A DNA stretch of 52,932 bases from Candidatus Margulisiibacteriota bacterium (GTDB taxonomy: Bacteria > Margulisbacteria > WOR-1 > O2-12-FULL-45-9): positions 1 through 52,932 of the forward strand of contig JAZFXQ010000057.1 of assembly GCA_036448795.1 (NCBI GenBank). Reading direction: 5' to 3'. Below are positions 16,774 to 25,161 of this stretch, one piece after another. Position 1 is the stretch's first letter; each line of letters begins with the position of its first letter. The notes below the pieces were generated by a model. The model saw nothing but the letters and a program-made list of their open reading frames with translations. It did not search any database and was not told the origin of the DNA. Position numbers and translations under genes: made by a program.

Positions 16774-18971
16774 TGTTGACCACCTTAACCATTATCAGCA
16801 TATTCACCGAAATTTTTGCTTCGGGCATCCTGATTGCAGGAACGGTGGCTTTTCTTAAGAATTATTTTTCATTTAAACGAATAAAAGATCTGCTTTTTAG
16901 CTTGGTTTTCCTTACTTTCTTTGTTTTTGTTGCTTCAACCATCGCATCACAGATGATGTTTAACCTGGGGCGAGAGCTTTCCGAGCTTATACTGGTGCAT
17001 AAGGGGATATCAATCTGTCTTGTGTTTTGTGCGGTTTTTCTTTGGGCTTTTATACTGGAGAGATTTGATAAAAGGAAATGGCGATGGAGCAGTCTCTTGA
17101 CGTTGCTCCTGGCCGGTTTTTTTGTTTATCGCATCTTGGGCTCATCTGTGAATCTGATTTACCGGGAGGGGATAATCGAGCCGATTGCAACTTTTTCTCT
17201 TTCTGTGCCGGTTAAACCTTTCTTTGTTCTAATGTGGATATTGTTGGCGGTTTTCTCGTTTATTTCTGCCCCATCCTACCCTCGGGGAAGAAGATCCCTT
17301 ACTCTGTATCTTGGATATTCTGCCCTTTTTATTCTGGCGGCAATGTTTTGTTCGTTCCTTTATGTCCGTTTCGGAGAACCCGGATATCTTTTGGTTTCTT
17401 GGATTTTAATCCTTATTTCTAGCTTAGGATTCCTGTTGGCCGAGTTAATTCCTTCAGAATCCCCCGAGGCCAAAAGACCGCTGCGCTTCTTCAGATCACG
17501 TATTTTATTTAAACTCATGCTTATTTTTGTCCTGTTAATTGTAATTCTTTTTGAAGCCACCACCCTGGCTACCATAAATATCAGCAAGGAAGCTTTATCT
17601 AAGGCAATCGTTAATAATTATTTAAGAGCGGCAGAAGATCTTGCTTCAGAGATTAAGGCCTCTCCGGAGAGGCCTTCCTTTGAATCCTTGCAGAGGTTGG
17701 TCTCAACCGCCAGAGTGGATGCAAAGGGAGTAGCCTTTGTGGTTGATAAAGAGGGTCGGCTTATTTCTCACCCGGATAAGAAACGGGCCATACAGCGTGA
17801 AAATCTTATAAGGAATCAAGGAGTAGAACGGGTTTCGGGAGGGGAAAGAGGAGGGGGCGAGTTGCGGGATGAGCTGGGAAGCGCAGTGGTTGGAGCTTAT
17901 GTGCCCATAAAAAAATATGGTTGGGGGGTGGTGGTCCAGGAACCCCTGGATTCCGCCTATTTTGAGCTCCGCAGATTAGAAACCAACTCGCTTCTTTTTG
18001 TAATCGCCGGAATGTTCCTTACCGCTTTGGTTGGAATCTTTTTTGCTCACTCAATTGAGAAACCGATCAAAGAGTTAACCCGGGGGACCGAGGCAGTTGC
18101 TAAGGGGGACTTGCACTGGCATGTAGCAATTGATTCGGACGATGAGATCGGCCAACTTGCTGCGGCCTTTAATCAGATGACCAAGGATTTAAGAGATAGC
18201 CAGGAGCGTCTTGTTCTTTCAGAGAAATTAGCTTCTTTAGGGACCATGGCGGCGGGGATGGCCCATGAAATTAAAAATCCATTGGTTTCTTTGCGAACTT
18301 TCACTCAACTTTTGCAGCAAAAATGGGAGGACACCGAGTTCCGCGAAAAATTTTCATCCATTATTCCTCACGAAATTGAGCGCATTAACCGCATCGCAGA
18401 GAGTTTATTAAAATTTGGGAAACCGATGAAGCCAGAGCTTACCAAGGTGGAAGTAAATGCCCTGCTCGAAGAAGTACTCATGCTCTTTGAGAGCGAGACC
18501 AAAAAGCATAACATAAGGGTCACCATGAAGCTGGCGGAGCTTCCAGAGATAACCGGCGATGCCGGACAGCTTCAGCAGGCTTTTGTAAATATTGTTAAGA
18601 ACGCGATTGAAGCCATGCATGAAAAGGGCGGGGAGCTCATTGTCAAAACGGATGTAGGAGAGGTGGTCCGGCTTGGGAAAATTCAAAGGGAAGGCAGAAA
18701 AAGAGGCGAGGAGATGGTTTGGGGAGAAGAGGAAGTGATGGATAAACCGATCCCGGTGGTTTTCATAGAGGTTTCGGACAGCGGAGAAGGGATACCGGAA
18801 GAAAATCTTAAAAGTTTATTCGATCCGTTCTTTACCACGAAAATGACCGGAACCGGGATGGGGCTTCCTATAACCCTGCGCATCATAGAAGAGCACAAAG
18901 GATCGTTAAAGGTCAGGAGTCAGGAAGGGAAAGGGACAACGTTTATAATAACTCTACCCCAGAAGCACTAG
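16773..18971 (+). CDS. sensor histidine kinase (multi-TM N-terminus, periplasmic Cache-like domain, HAMP, HisKA, HATPase)
   Basis: TAATG overlap with the upstream gene and about 9 hydrophobic helices. H-box MAHEIKNPL, N-box NIVKNAIEAM, and G-boxes DSGEGI and GTGMGL. No response regulator is adjacent. Confidence 0.85.
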   Translation: MLTTLTIISIFTEIFASGILIAGTVAFLKNYFSFKRIKDLLFSLVFLTFFVFVASTIASQMMFNLGRELSELILVHKGISICLVFCAVFLWAFILERFDKRKWRWSSLLTLLLAGFFVYRILGSSVNLIYREGIIEPIATFSLSVPVKPFFVLMWILLAVFSFISAPSYPRGRRSLTLYLGYSALFILAAMFCSFLYVRFGEPGYLLVSWILILISSLGFLLAELIPSESPEAKRPLRFFRSRILFKLMLIFVLLIVILFEATTLATINISKEALSKAIVNNYLRAAEDLASEIKASPERPSFESLQRLVSTARVDAKGVAFVVDKEGRLISHPDKKRAIQRENLIRNQGVERVSGGERGGGELRDELGSAVVGAYVPIKKYGWGVVVQEPLDSAYFELRRLETNSLLFVIAGMFLTALVGIFFAHSIEKPIKELTRGTEAVAKGDLHWHVAIDSDDEIGQLAAAFNQMTKDLRDSQERLVLSEKLASLGTMAAGMAHEIKNPLVSLRTFTQLLQQKWEDTEFREKFSSIIPHEIERINRIAESLLKFGKPMKPELTKVEVNALLEEVLMLFESETKKHNIRVTMKLAELPEITGDAGQLQQAFVNIVKNAIEAMHEKGGELIVKTDVGEVVRLGKIQREGRKRGEEMVWGEEEVMDKPIPVVFIEVSDSGEGIPEENLKSLFDPFFTTKMTGTGMGLPITLRIIEEHKGSLKVRSQEGKGTTFIITLPQKH

Positions 18972-19162
18972 CCTTTGATCTTTTTTAAAAGAGTCTGCAT
19001 GCCGTGTTCAAGCATTCCGTCCATTTTTTCAAGGAGCCCGCTTTGGGCAAGATGGTAAGGGTTTTCTTGGTGGTCGCCAAAGACGATATTACCACTGGTT
19101 TTATAAGTAACTCCTTCTAAGGTTATGCTGTTTTTCGATTTGTCAGTATTATCTTTTAGCAT
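18968..19162 (-). CDS. small hypothetical protein (64 aa from ATG 19162; the ORF track starts at GTG 19171)
   Basis: ORF MLKDNTDKSKNSITLEGVTYK.. lies 18 nt downstream of a sigma28-like promoter motif. Its 3' end overlaps the kinase stop by 4 nt (convergent). No recognisable domain. Confidence 0.4.
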   Translation of the reverse strand: MLKDNTDKSKNSITLEGVTYKTSGNIVFGDHQENPYHLAQSGLLEKMDGMLEHGMQTLLKKIKG

Positions 19163-19180
19163 AGGTATCACTCATAATAT

Positions 19181-19208
19181 TTATCGAGTTAGGAAGCAGA
19201 AAACTTGC
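19181..19208 (-). promoter_or_regulatory. sigma28-like promoter motif, degenerate copy (site F)
   Basis: Reverse strand reads GCAAGTTT tctgcttcctaa CTCGATAA atattatgag. It has the same 8+12+8 geometry as the five TGAAATTT sites. Confidence 0.45.
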
Positions 19209-19233
19209 GTCGTAAATGCATGGCTGTTATAAT
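19205..19233 (+). promoter_or_regulatory. sigma70-type promoter of clpC with extended -10
   Basis: TTGCGT (19205-19210), a 17-nt spacer ending in TGt, then TATAAT (19228-19233). The SD GAGGA precedes ATG 19268. Confidence 0.55.
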
Positions 19234-19267
19234 TGTGGCGATGGCTTAAAATTGAGGATGATTAATT

Positions 19268-21763
19268 ATGGCGATGTTTGAAAGATTTACCGAGAGAGCG
19301 GTTAGAGTAATTATGGCGGCCCAGGAGGAAGCCAAGCGCTTGGGAACCCCCTTTGTGGGGGTGGAGCATCTTTTGTTAGGCATGATGCGCGAAGGGGAGC
19401 CGATCGTACTCCGGACTTTGGAGCATTTCAGGATCGACCCGGCTGCTCTCAAGGAACGCATCGAAGAAAAAATTGCGAAAATGCAGTCCCCCGGGAAAGT
19501 CGGGCCGGAGCTTCCCTTTAACACTCGAGTCAAAAAAGTTATCGAACTAGCCTGGGATGAGGCCCGGGGTTTGGGGCACAGCTATGTGGGTGTGGAACAT
19601 TTATTTTTGGGGATATTGAGAGAGGGAAGTGGAATAACCGGCGAAGTTTTGGGTGAGCTGGGAATTACCATCGCTTCAGCCAAGGACCAGATTGTGACTA
19701 TCCTGGGAGAGGTTGCGACCTTTCAAAAAAGGATGCCGCGGCCCACCCGCACCCCGGTCCTGGATGGTTTTAGTCGGGACTTGACCGTTCTGGCAAGAGG
19801 GAAAAAGCTTGATCCGGTGATCGGGCGGGCCAAAGAGATCGAAAGGGTAACCCAGATCCTTTCCCGTCGCAAAAAAAATAATCCAGTCTTGATTGGAGAG
19901 GCCGGAGTAGGGAAAACCGCTATCGTAGAGGGATTATCCCAGAGAATTGTAGCGGGAAACGTTCCGCCGCCTCTTTTAGGCAAAAGAGTGGTCACCTTAG
20001 ATCTGGGCCTGTTGATCGCGGGGACCAGATATCGGGGAGAGTTTGAGGAGAGAATGAAAAAAGTGATCGGTGAGGTAACCAAGGATGGGAATGTTATTCT
20101 TTTTATCGATGAGCTGCATACCCTCATCGGAGCAGGTGCGGCAGAAGGGGCCATGGATGCTGCAAACATTTTGAAGCCAGCGCTTGCCCGGGGTGAGCTT
20201 CAGTGCATCGGAGCCACCACCATCGATGAGTATCGGAAAAGGATCGAGTCTGATCCAGCGCTGGAACGCAGATTTCAATCGGTTATGGTAGAGGAACCAA
20301 CTGTACATGAGACCATTGAGATCTTAAAAGGACTGCGCGAACGCTATGAAGACTTTCACAAGGTCAAGATTACCGACGATTCTCTGGTTTCTGCAGCGCG
20401 GCTTTCTGCGCGTTACATTTCGGATCGGCACCTGCCGGATAAGGCCATTGATTTAATTGATGAGGCGGCCTCAAAAGTCATGCTGCAGTCTTCGGTTGCT
20501 CCGCCTGAGCTGGTTGAGATCACAAAACAGATTGAAAAAGTGAAGGGAGAAAAAGAAAAGGCGGTTGAAAACCAGGAGTTTGAACAGGCCGCTCAGCTCA
20601 GAGATAAAGAAGATGGCCTGCGCTTGCAGTATGAAGCTATTTCAAAAAAAATGACTGGGTTGACGCGTGAAGGATATCCCGAGGTAAATTCAGAAACCAT
20701 TGCCCAAGTGGTTTCCTCCTGGACCAGCGTTCCGGTAACACAACTCACCACAGAAGAGACCGAGCGGTTGCTCAAGATGGGGGAAGAGCTAAAGAGACGG
20801 GTGGTGGGCCAAGATGAGGGAATTTCGGTGGTTTCTAAATCTATTCGTCGGGCGCGAGCAGGGCTAAAAGATCCCAGACGGCCGATCGGGTCATTTATCT
20901 TCCTGGGTCCCTCTGGGGTTGGCAAAACCGAGTTGGGGAAGAGGTTGGCAGAGTTCTTGTTCGGAGATATAGATGCAGTGGTGCGCATTGACATGTCAGA
21001 ATACCTGGAGCAACACACTGTCTCCAGATTGATTGGTTCTCCTCCGGGCTATGTTGGCTTTGGTGAGGGGGGGCAGTTAACAGAACCCATCCGACGAAGA
21101 CCCCATTCGGTAGTGCTCTTTGATGAGATCGAGAAAGCCCATCAAAATGTGATGAATGTTCTGCTCCAGATCTTGGATGAAGGTCACATAACCGATGCCC
21201 AGGGGCGCTTAATTGATTTTAAGAACACGGTCATTATTATGACCAGCAATGTGGGGGCCGAGCTTATCCGCAAAGAGACCTCGATCGGCTTTGTGACCCG
21301 GGATGATGCCAAGGCTTCCTATGATAAAATGAAAGAAATAGTCCTGGATCAGCTAAACAAACAATTTCGGCCTGAATTTTTAAATCGTGTGGATGAGAAG
21401 ATCGTTTTTCGTCCGCTCTCCAAAGAGGATCTGGCGGCCATTGTGGATATCATGATAGGGGATATTAATACCCGCGTAGAAGAGAAAGGCCTCCATCTAA
21501 AGATAACCAAAAAGGTCAAAGAATTTTTGGTTGAAAAAGGCTATGACCCCAAACTCGGGGCAAGACCCTTGCGGAGAGCGATCGAGGAGCATGTTGAAGA
21601 TCCGCTTTCGGAAGATGTGCTTAAGGGCAAATTCGGTTATGGCAGCAAGATCAGCCTGAAGGTTGAAAAAGGTAAAATCGTTTTCAGCGGAACCAAGGGG
21701 AGAAAGTCTTCCAAATCCGAAACCTCCTCCAAAAAAGAAGAGCCCGCGATCAAAGGTGAGTAA
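19268..21763 (+). CDS. clpC: ATP-dependent Clp protease ATP-binding subunit ClpC
   Basis: Two Clp_N repeats (FTERAVRVIMAAQEEA.., VKKVIELAWDEA..), Walker A motifs GEAGVGKT and GPSGVGKT, and a UVR-like linker (ENQEFEQAAQLRDKE). 831 aa. Confidence 0.93.
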   Translation: MAMFERFTERAVRVIMAAQEEAKRLGTPFVGVEHLLLGMMREGEPIVLRTLEHFRIDPAALKERIEEKIAKMQSPGKVGPELPFNTRVKKVIELAWDEARGLGHSYVGVEHLFLGILREGSGITGEVLGELGITIASAKDQIVTILGEVATFQKRMPRPTRTPVLDGFSRDLTVLARGKKLDPVIGRAKEIERVTQILSRRKKNNPVLIGEAGVGKTAIVEGLSQRIVAGNVPPPLLGKRVVTLDLGLLIAGTRYRGEFEERMKKVIGEVTKDGNVILFIDELHTLIGAGAAEGAMDAANILKPALARGELQCIGATTIDEYRKRIESDPALERRFQSVMVEEPTVHETIEILKGLRERYEDFHKVKITDDSLVSAARLSARYISDRHLPDKAIDLIDEAASKVMLQSSVAPPELVEITKQIEKVKGEKEKAVENQEFEQAAQLRDKEDGLRLQYEAISKKMTGLTREGYPEVNSETIAQVVSSWTSVPVTQLTTEETERLLKMGEELKRRVVGQDEGISVVSKSIRRARAGLKDPRRPIGSFIFLGPSGVGKTELGKRLAEFLFGDIDAVVRIDMSEYLEQHTVSRLIGSPPGYVGFGEGGQLTEPIRRRPHSVVLFDEIEKAHQNVMNVLLQILDEGHITDAQGRLIDFKNTVIIMTSNVGAELIRKETSIGFVTRDDAKASYDKMKEIVLDQLNKQFRPEFLNRVDEKIVFRPLSKEDLAAIVDIMIGDINTRVEEKGLHLKITKKVKEFLVEKGYDPKLGARPLRRAIEEHVEDPLSEDVLKGKFGYGSKISLKVEKGKIVFSGTKGRKSSKSETSSKKEEPAIKGE

Positions 21764-23123
21764 ACAAGATATCCGCTACGTCTGTCAGTCCTGTGGTCAG
21801 GATTATCCGCGCTGGTTTGGGCAGTGCCAGTCCTGCGGGGAATGGAATAGCCTGGTAGAGGAACAAATTATAAAATCCATCCCGATAAAATCGGGACCAA
21901 ACAAATTACAAATTTCAAATATCCAATCTCCAATTTCGATAGTTGAGGTTAAATATGATGCTGAGGAAAGGAACGCCACTGGAATTGCGGAGGTGGACAG
22001 GGTTCTAGGTGGGGGTGTGGTTGGTGGGTCAGTTGTGTTGGTTGCCGGTGAGCCAGGGATCGGGAAATCGACCATGATGCTGCAGGCTGCGGAGGCTTTG
22101 AGTAAAAACGAGCTGGTTCTCTATGTGAGCGGGGAGGAATCGCCAAAGCAGATTAGACTTCGGGCCGAGAGATTGGGAACGATCTCCAAAAACCTGATGC
22201 TTTTTCCGGAGACCAATCTCTTTGCCATTGAAAAAGCAATCGGAGAAATCAAACCTCAATTTGTAGTGGTCGATTCGATTCAGGCCGTATACCGCGAAGA
22301 TATTCCATCTGCGCCTGGATCTGTTTCTCAAGTTCGGGAATGCGCAGGCTATTTGGTAAGGATCGCGAAATCAACGGGCATCCCGATCTTTATTGTCGGA
22401 CATGTTACCAAAGAAGGGAATATTGCCGGTCCACGGGTGCTGGAGCATGTAGTTGATACAGTTCTTTATTTTGAAGGAGAAAGGCACAAACAATATCGGA
22501 TCCTGCGAGTGACCAAAAACCGGTTCGGTTCTACCAATGAGGTCGGGATTTTTGAGATGAAGGATAAGGGCCTGGTCGAAGTTGCCAATCCTTCCGAGGT
22601 TTTTCTGTCCGAGCGGCCCAAGGATTCCTCTGGCTCCGTGGTAACTGCTGCTATTGAAGGAACACGTCCACTTTTGGTAGAAATCCAAGCTCTGGTTTCG
22701 CCAACTAAGATGGCTTATCCGATCCGTAGAACTACCGGAGTGGATTATAACCGGACCTCGATCATCATCGCAGTTTTGGAAAGACAATTAGGTTTGAAGC
22801 TTTCCGGAGCAGATGTTTATGTGAATGCAGCGGGAGGAGTCAGGGTTGCCGAACCAGCCATCGATCTGCCAATCGCCGTTGCGATTGCTTCCTGCTACAA
22901 AAATAAAGTTGTTGATCCACAGACCATTGCTGTTGGTGAAATTGGTTTAGCCGGAGAGATACGCTCGGTCAGTCAAATCGAGCAGCGGGTTAAGGAAGCG
23001 GAGAAGCTGGGTTTTAAGAGAATTATTGTTCCTCGAGCCAATTTGAAAGAGGTTGGTAAGGCAAAAATAAGCATAGAAGCAGTTTCCTCAGCTAGAGAAG
23101 CCTTCAGGGGCATTTTTGGATAG
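21756..23123 (+). CDS. radA: DNA repair protein RadA/Sms
   Basis: Zinc finger YVCQSCG..CQSCGEWNS, Walker A GEPGIGKST, KNRFG motif (VTKNRFGSTNE), and a Lon-like C-terminal domain. I chose GTG 21756 (8-nt overlap with clpC) because the longer ORF-track start at 21663 only adds low-complexity sequence inside clpC. Confidence 0.88.
   Translation: MSKQDIRYVCQSCGQDYPRWFGQCQSCGEWNSLVEEQIIKSIPIKSGPNKLQISNIQSPISIVEVKYDAEERNATGIAEVDRVLGGGVVGGSVVLVAGEPGIGKSTMMLQAAEALSKNELVLYVSGEESPKQIRLRAERLGTISKNLMLFPETNLFAIEKAIGEIKPQFVVVDSIQAVYREDIPSAPGSVSQVRECAGYLVRIAKSTGIPIFIVGHVTKEGNIAGPRVLEHVVDTVLYFEGERHKQYRILRVTKNRFGSTNEVGIFEMKDKGLVEVANPSEVFLSERPKDSSGSVVTAAIEGTRPLLVEIQALVSPTKMAYPIRRTTGVDYNRTSIIIAVLERQLGLKLSGADVYVNAAGGVRVAEPAIDLPIAVAIASCYKNKVVDPQTIAVGEIGLAGEIRSVSQIEQRVKEAEKLGFKRIIVPRANLKEVGKAKISIEAVSSAREAFRGIFG
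21903..21937 (+). repeat. degenerate heptanucleotide array inside the radA linker
   Basis: aaattac aaatttc aaatatc caatctc caatttc encodes QISNIQSPIS, which lies between the zinc finger and the ATPase domain. Confidence 0.5.
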
Positions 23124-23203
23124 CCTATAAATATTTCCTCGGGTCTGAGATCTTTCCTCTCGTGCTCCATTTATTATAGAAAGCTATGATTTTCCAAAAA
23201 TAA

Positions 23204-23231
23204 TGAAATTTTCGTATAAAATTGTCGATAA
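23204..23231 (+). promoter_or_regulatory. sigma28-like promoter motif (site C)
   Basis: TGAAATTT tcgtataaaatt GTCGATAA atatatgaagaggag. ATG 23274 lies 42 nt downstream and is preceded by AGGAGG. Confidence 0.6.
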
Positions 23232-23273
23232 ATATATGAAGAGGAGATTTAAGGTAAAAAGGAGGAATTTGAT

Positions 23274-23852
23274 ATGGGAAGCACAGTAACAATAGTTGGC
23301 AGAGAAATGTTATCAAGGATGAATATAAGACCAGGAAAAATTTTTTCTACAAGGTATAGAGGGCTAAAAAATATTGGAATTCGCTTGCCGTACACTGCTG
23401 GCAAATTGCCAGGGGAATCTAGGATTTTTGTTTTAGTTGGAGAAATGGTCTATAGAGGAGTTGGCAAGAAAAAGGCACAACTAGCTGAAATGCTAAACCC
23501 ATTAGCTAATCTTGATTTGTCATTAATCTATACATTCGATGAGGAAGGATCAGAAATAGGTCGGCTAGTTTTGGAAGCCGATTTTTTGAGAGAATTTGAT
23601 GATGTGAAGAGAATGCTGCAGAAGGTGCCTGGATTGGAGAAAAAGATTCTAGCTTGCTTTCCGGCAGAATCAGAGCCAATGAGAGAAGAATCAATATATT
23701 GGAAGTATGCCCCGATAGCAGATTCAGACGGTTCAGTTGCAGAAAAAGCTATGTTAATTGAAGTATTCCGCAGAGACAAATTAAATAACCTTGCGAAACA
23801 AATCGCCCAAGCAATTCAAGCGCTTCAACTTGAAATTATTGGAGCTAAGTAA
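23274..23852 (+). CDS. hypothetical protein (192 aa), no recognisable domain
   Basis: ORF with a strong SD (AAAGGAGG) in an AT-rich island, driven by motif site C. Confidence 0.55.
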   Translation: MGSTVTIVGREMLSRMNIRPGKIFSTRYRGLKNIGIRLPYTAGKLPGESRIFVLVGEMVYRGVGKKKAQLAEMLNPLANLDLSLIYTFDEEGSEIGRLVLEADFLREFDDVKRMLQKVPGLEKKILACFPAESEPMREESIYWKYAPIADSDGSVAEKAMLIEVFRRDKLNNLAKQIAQAIQALQLEIIGAK

Positions 23853-23883
23853 AATGTATTTCTCATATTGGACTTTGAGTTGC

Positions 23884-25161
23884 TTAGAGATACTTCCTTG
23901 GATCCGCGATTTTTCCTTCTATGACTGAAGCAGCCACTGTGGCAGGTGAGGCTAAGTAAATAAAAGCGTTTGGGTTCCCCATTCTCCCCTTAAAATTTCT
24001 GTTTGCAGTTGAAATCACGTTTTCTCCATCGGAGGGTACTCCATTGTGGGTTCCCACACAGGGTCCACAGCCCGGAGTTACCACAACTGCCCGGGCTTCA
24101 AGTAAAGTCTGAATAATCCCTTCTTCCAAAGCCTCCAGAAGGACCTCTTTGGAAGCCGGAGCCACGATCAGGCGGCATTCTGAATTGACTTGCTTCCCTT
24201 TTAAAATCTGTGCGGCAATTCTTAAATCTTCCACCCGTCCATTAGTGCAAGTTCCAATAAAACCCTGTTGGATGGGGGTTCCGATTACTTCAGATATTGG
24301 GCTAACATTGTCTACGGTATGCGGTTTAGCGACTTGAGGCTCTAATTTGGATACATCAACCTCTTTTGTTTCTTTATAAACCGCATCTTTGTCTGCGGCA
24401 ACCGGCTTGGGTTTGCGTTTGGAGTGTTTCTTGACCCAGTCCAGGACCTTCTTGTCTGCCTCCATGAGACCAACCTTGGCTCCACATTCAATGGCCATAT
24501 TCGAAATCGTAAACCGGCTATCAATCGAAAGCTGTTCAATTACTTCTCCATAAAACTCAAGCGCCATATATGTTGCCCCGTCTGCTCTGATCTGCCCAAT
24601 GAAATTTAGGATCACATCTTTGGAAAAAACACCTTTGGGAAGCTTTCCGGAGAAAATTACCTTCATGGTTTCCGGAACCTTAAACCAGAGCTGACCGGAA
24701 GCAATTCCAGCTGCTAGATCCGTTGAACCCACTCCCGTGGAAAAGGCGTTAATTGCTCCATAGGTACAGGTATGTGAATCCGCTCCAATTACTAGATCTC
24801 CCGGAACCACATGACCTTGCTCCGGCAGAAGCTGATGGCAGACCCCGCATCCCACATCGTAAAGGATAGCTCCTTTGCTTTTTGCAAATTCTCTTATCTT
24901 TTTGTGGATGGTGGAAACCCCGATGTTGGGCGAAGGAGCGCTGTGGTCTATGCAAATCGCAAATTTGGAAGGATCATCGATCTTTTTAGCTCCCATTTTT
25001 TGGAAGGAATCCACGATGATCCCGGAGGTACCATCTTGGCCCATCATGAAATCCAGGTTGGCAATTACAATGTCTCCGGCTTTGGCGTTTTTTCCTGAGT
25101 GGGAGGATAGGATCTTTTCGGAGATAGTTCGACTACACTCACTGCAAGTGGTTTTACCCAT
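23884..25161 (-). CDS. aconitase-family dehydratase large subunit (3-isopropylmalate/homoaconitate dehydratase, LeuC/HacA type)
   Basis: 425 aa with DHSAPSP, GADSHT and CGPCVG (cluster cysteines), plus STANRNFKGRMG. No small-subunit (LeuD) gene is adjacent. Confidence 0.82.
   Translation of the reverse strand: MGKTTCSECSRTISEKILSSHSGKNAKAGDIVIANLDFMMGQDGTSGIIVDSFQKMGAKKIDDPSKFAICIDHSAPSPNIGVSTIHKKIREFAKSKGAILYDVGCGVCHQLLPEQGHVVPGDLVIGADSHTCTYGAINAFSTGVGSTDLAAGIASGQLWFKVPETMKVIFSGKLPKGVFSKDVILNFIGQIRADGATYMALEFYGEVIEQLSIDSRFTISNMAIECGAKVGLMEADKKVLDWVKKHSKRKPKPVAADKDAVYKETKEVDVSKLEPQVAKPHTVDNVSPISEVIGTPIQQGFIGTCTNGRVEDLRIAAQILKGKQVNSECRLIVAPASKEVLLEALEEGIIQTLLEARAVVVTPGCGPCVGTHNGVPSDGENVISTANRNFKGRMGNPNAFIYLASPATVAASVIEGKIADPRKYL

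Noticed and set aside
19172-19267. CtsR operator upstream of clpC
   Set aside because: No (A/G)GTCAAA direct repeat is present in the clpC promoter region.
21663-21755. Long radA start overlapping 100 nt of clpC
   Set aside because: The extra 31 codons are low-complexity sequence (PNPKPPPKKKSPRSK) read from the clpC tail. RadA family proteins begin just before the zinc finger, and GTG 21756 fits that.
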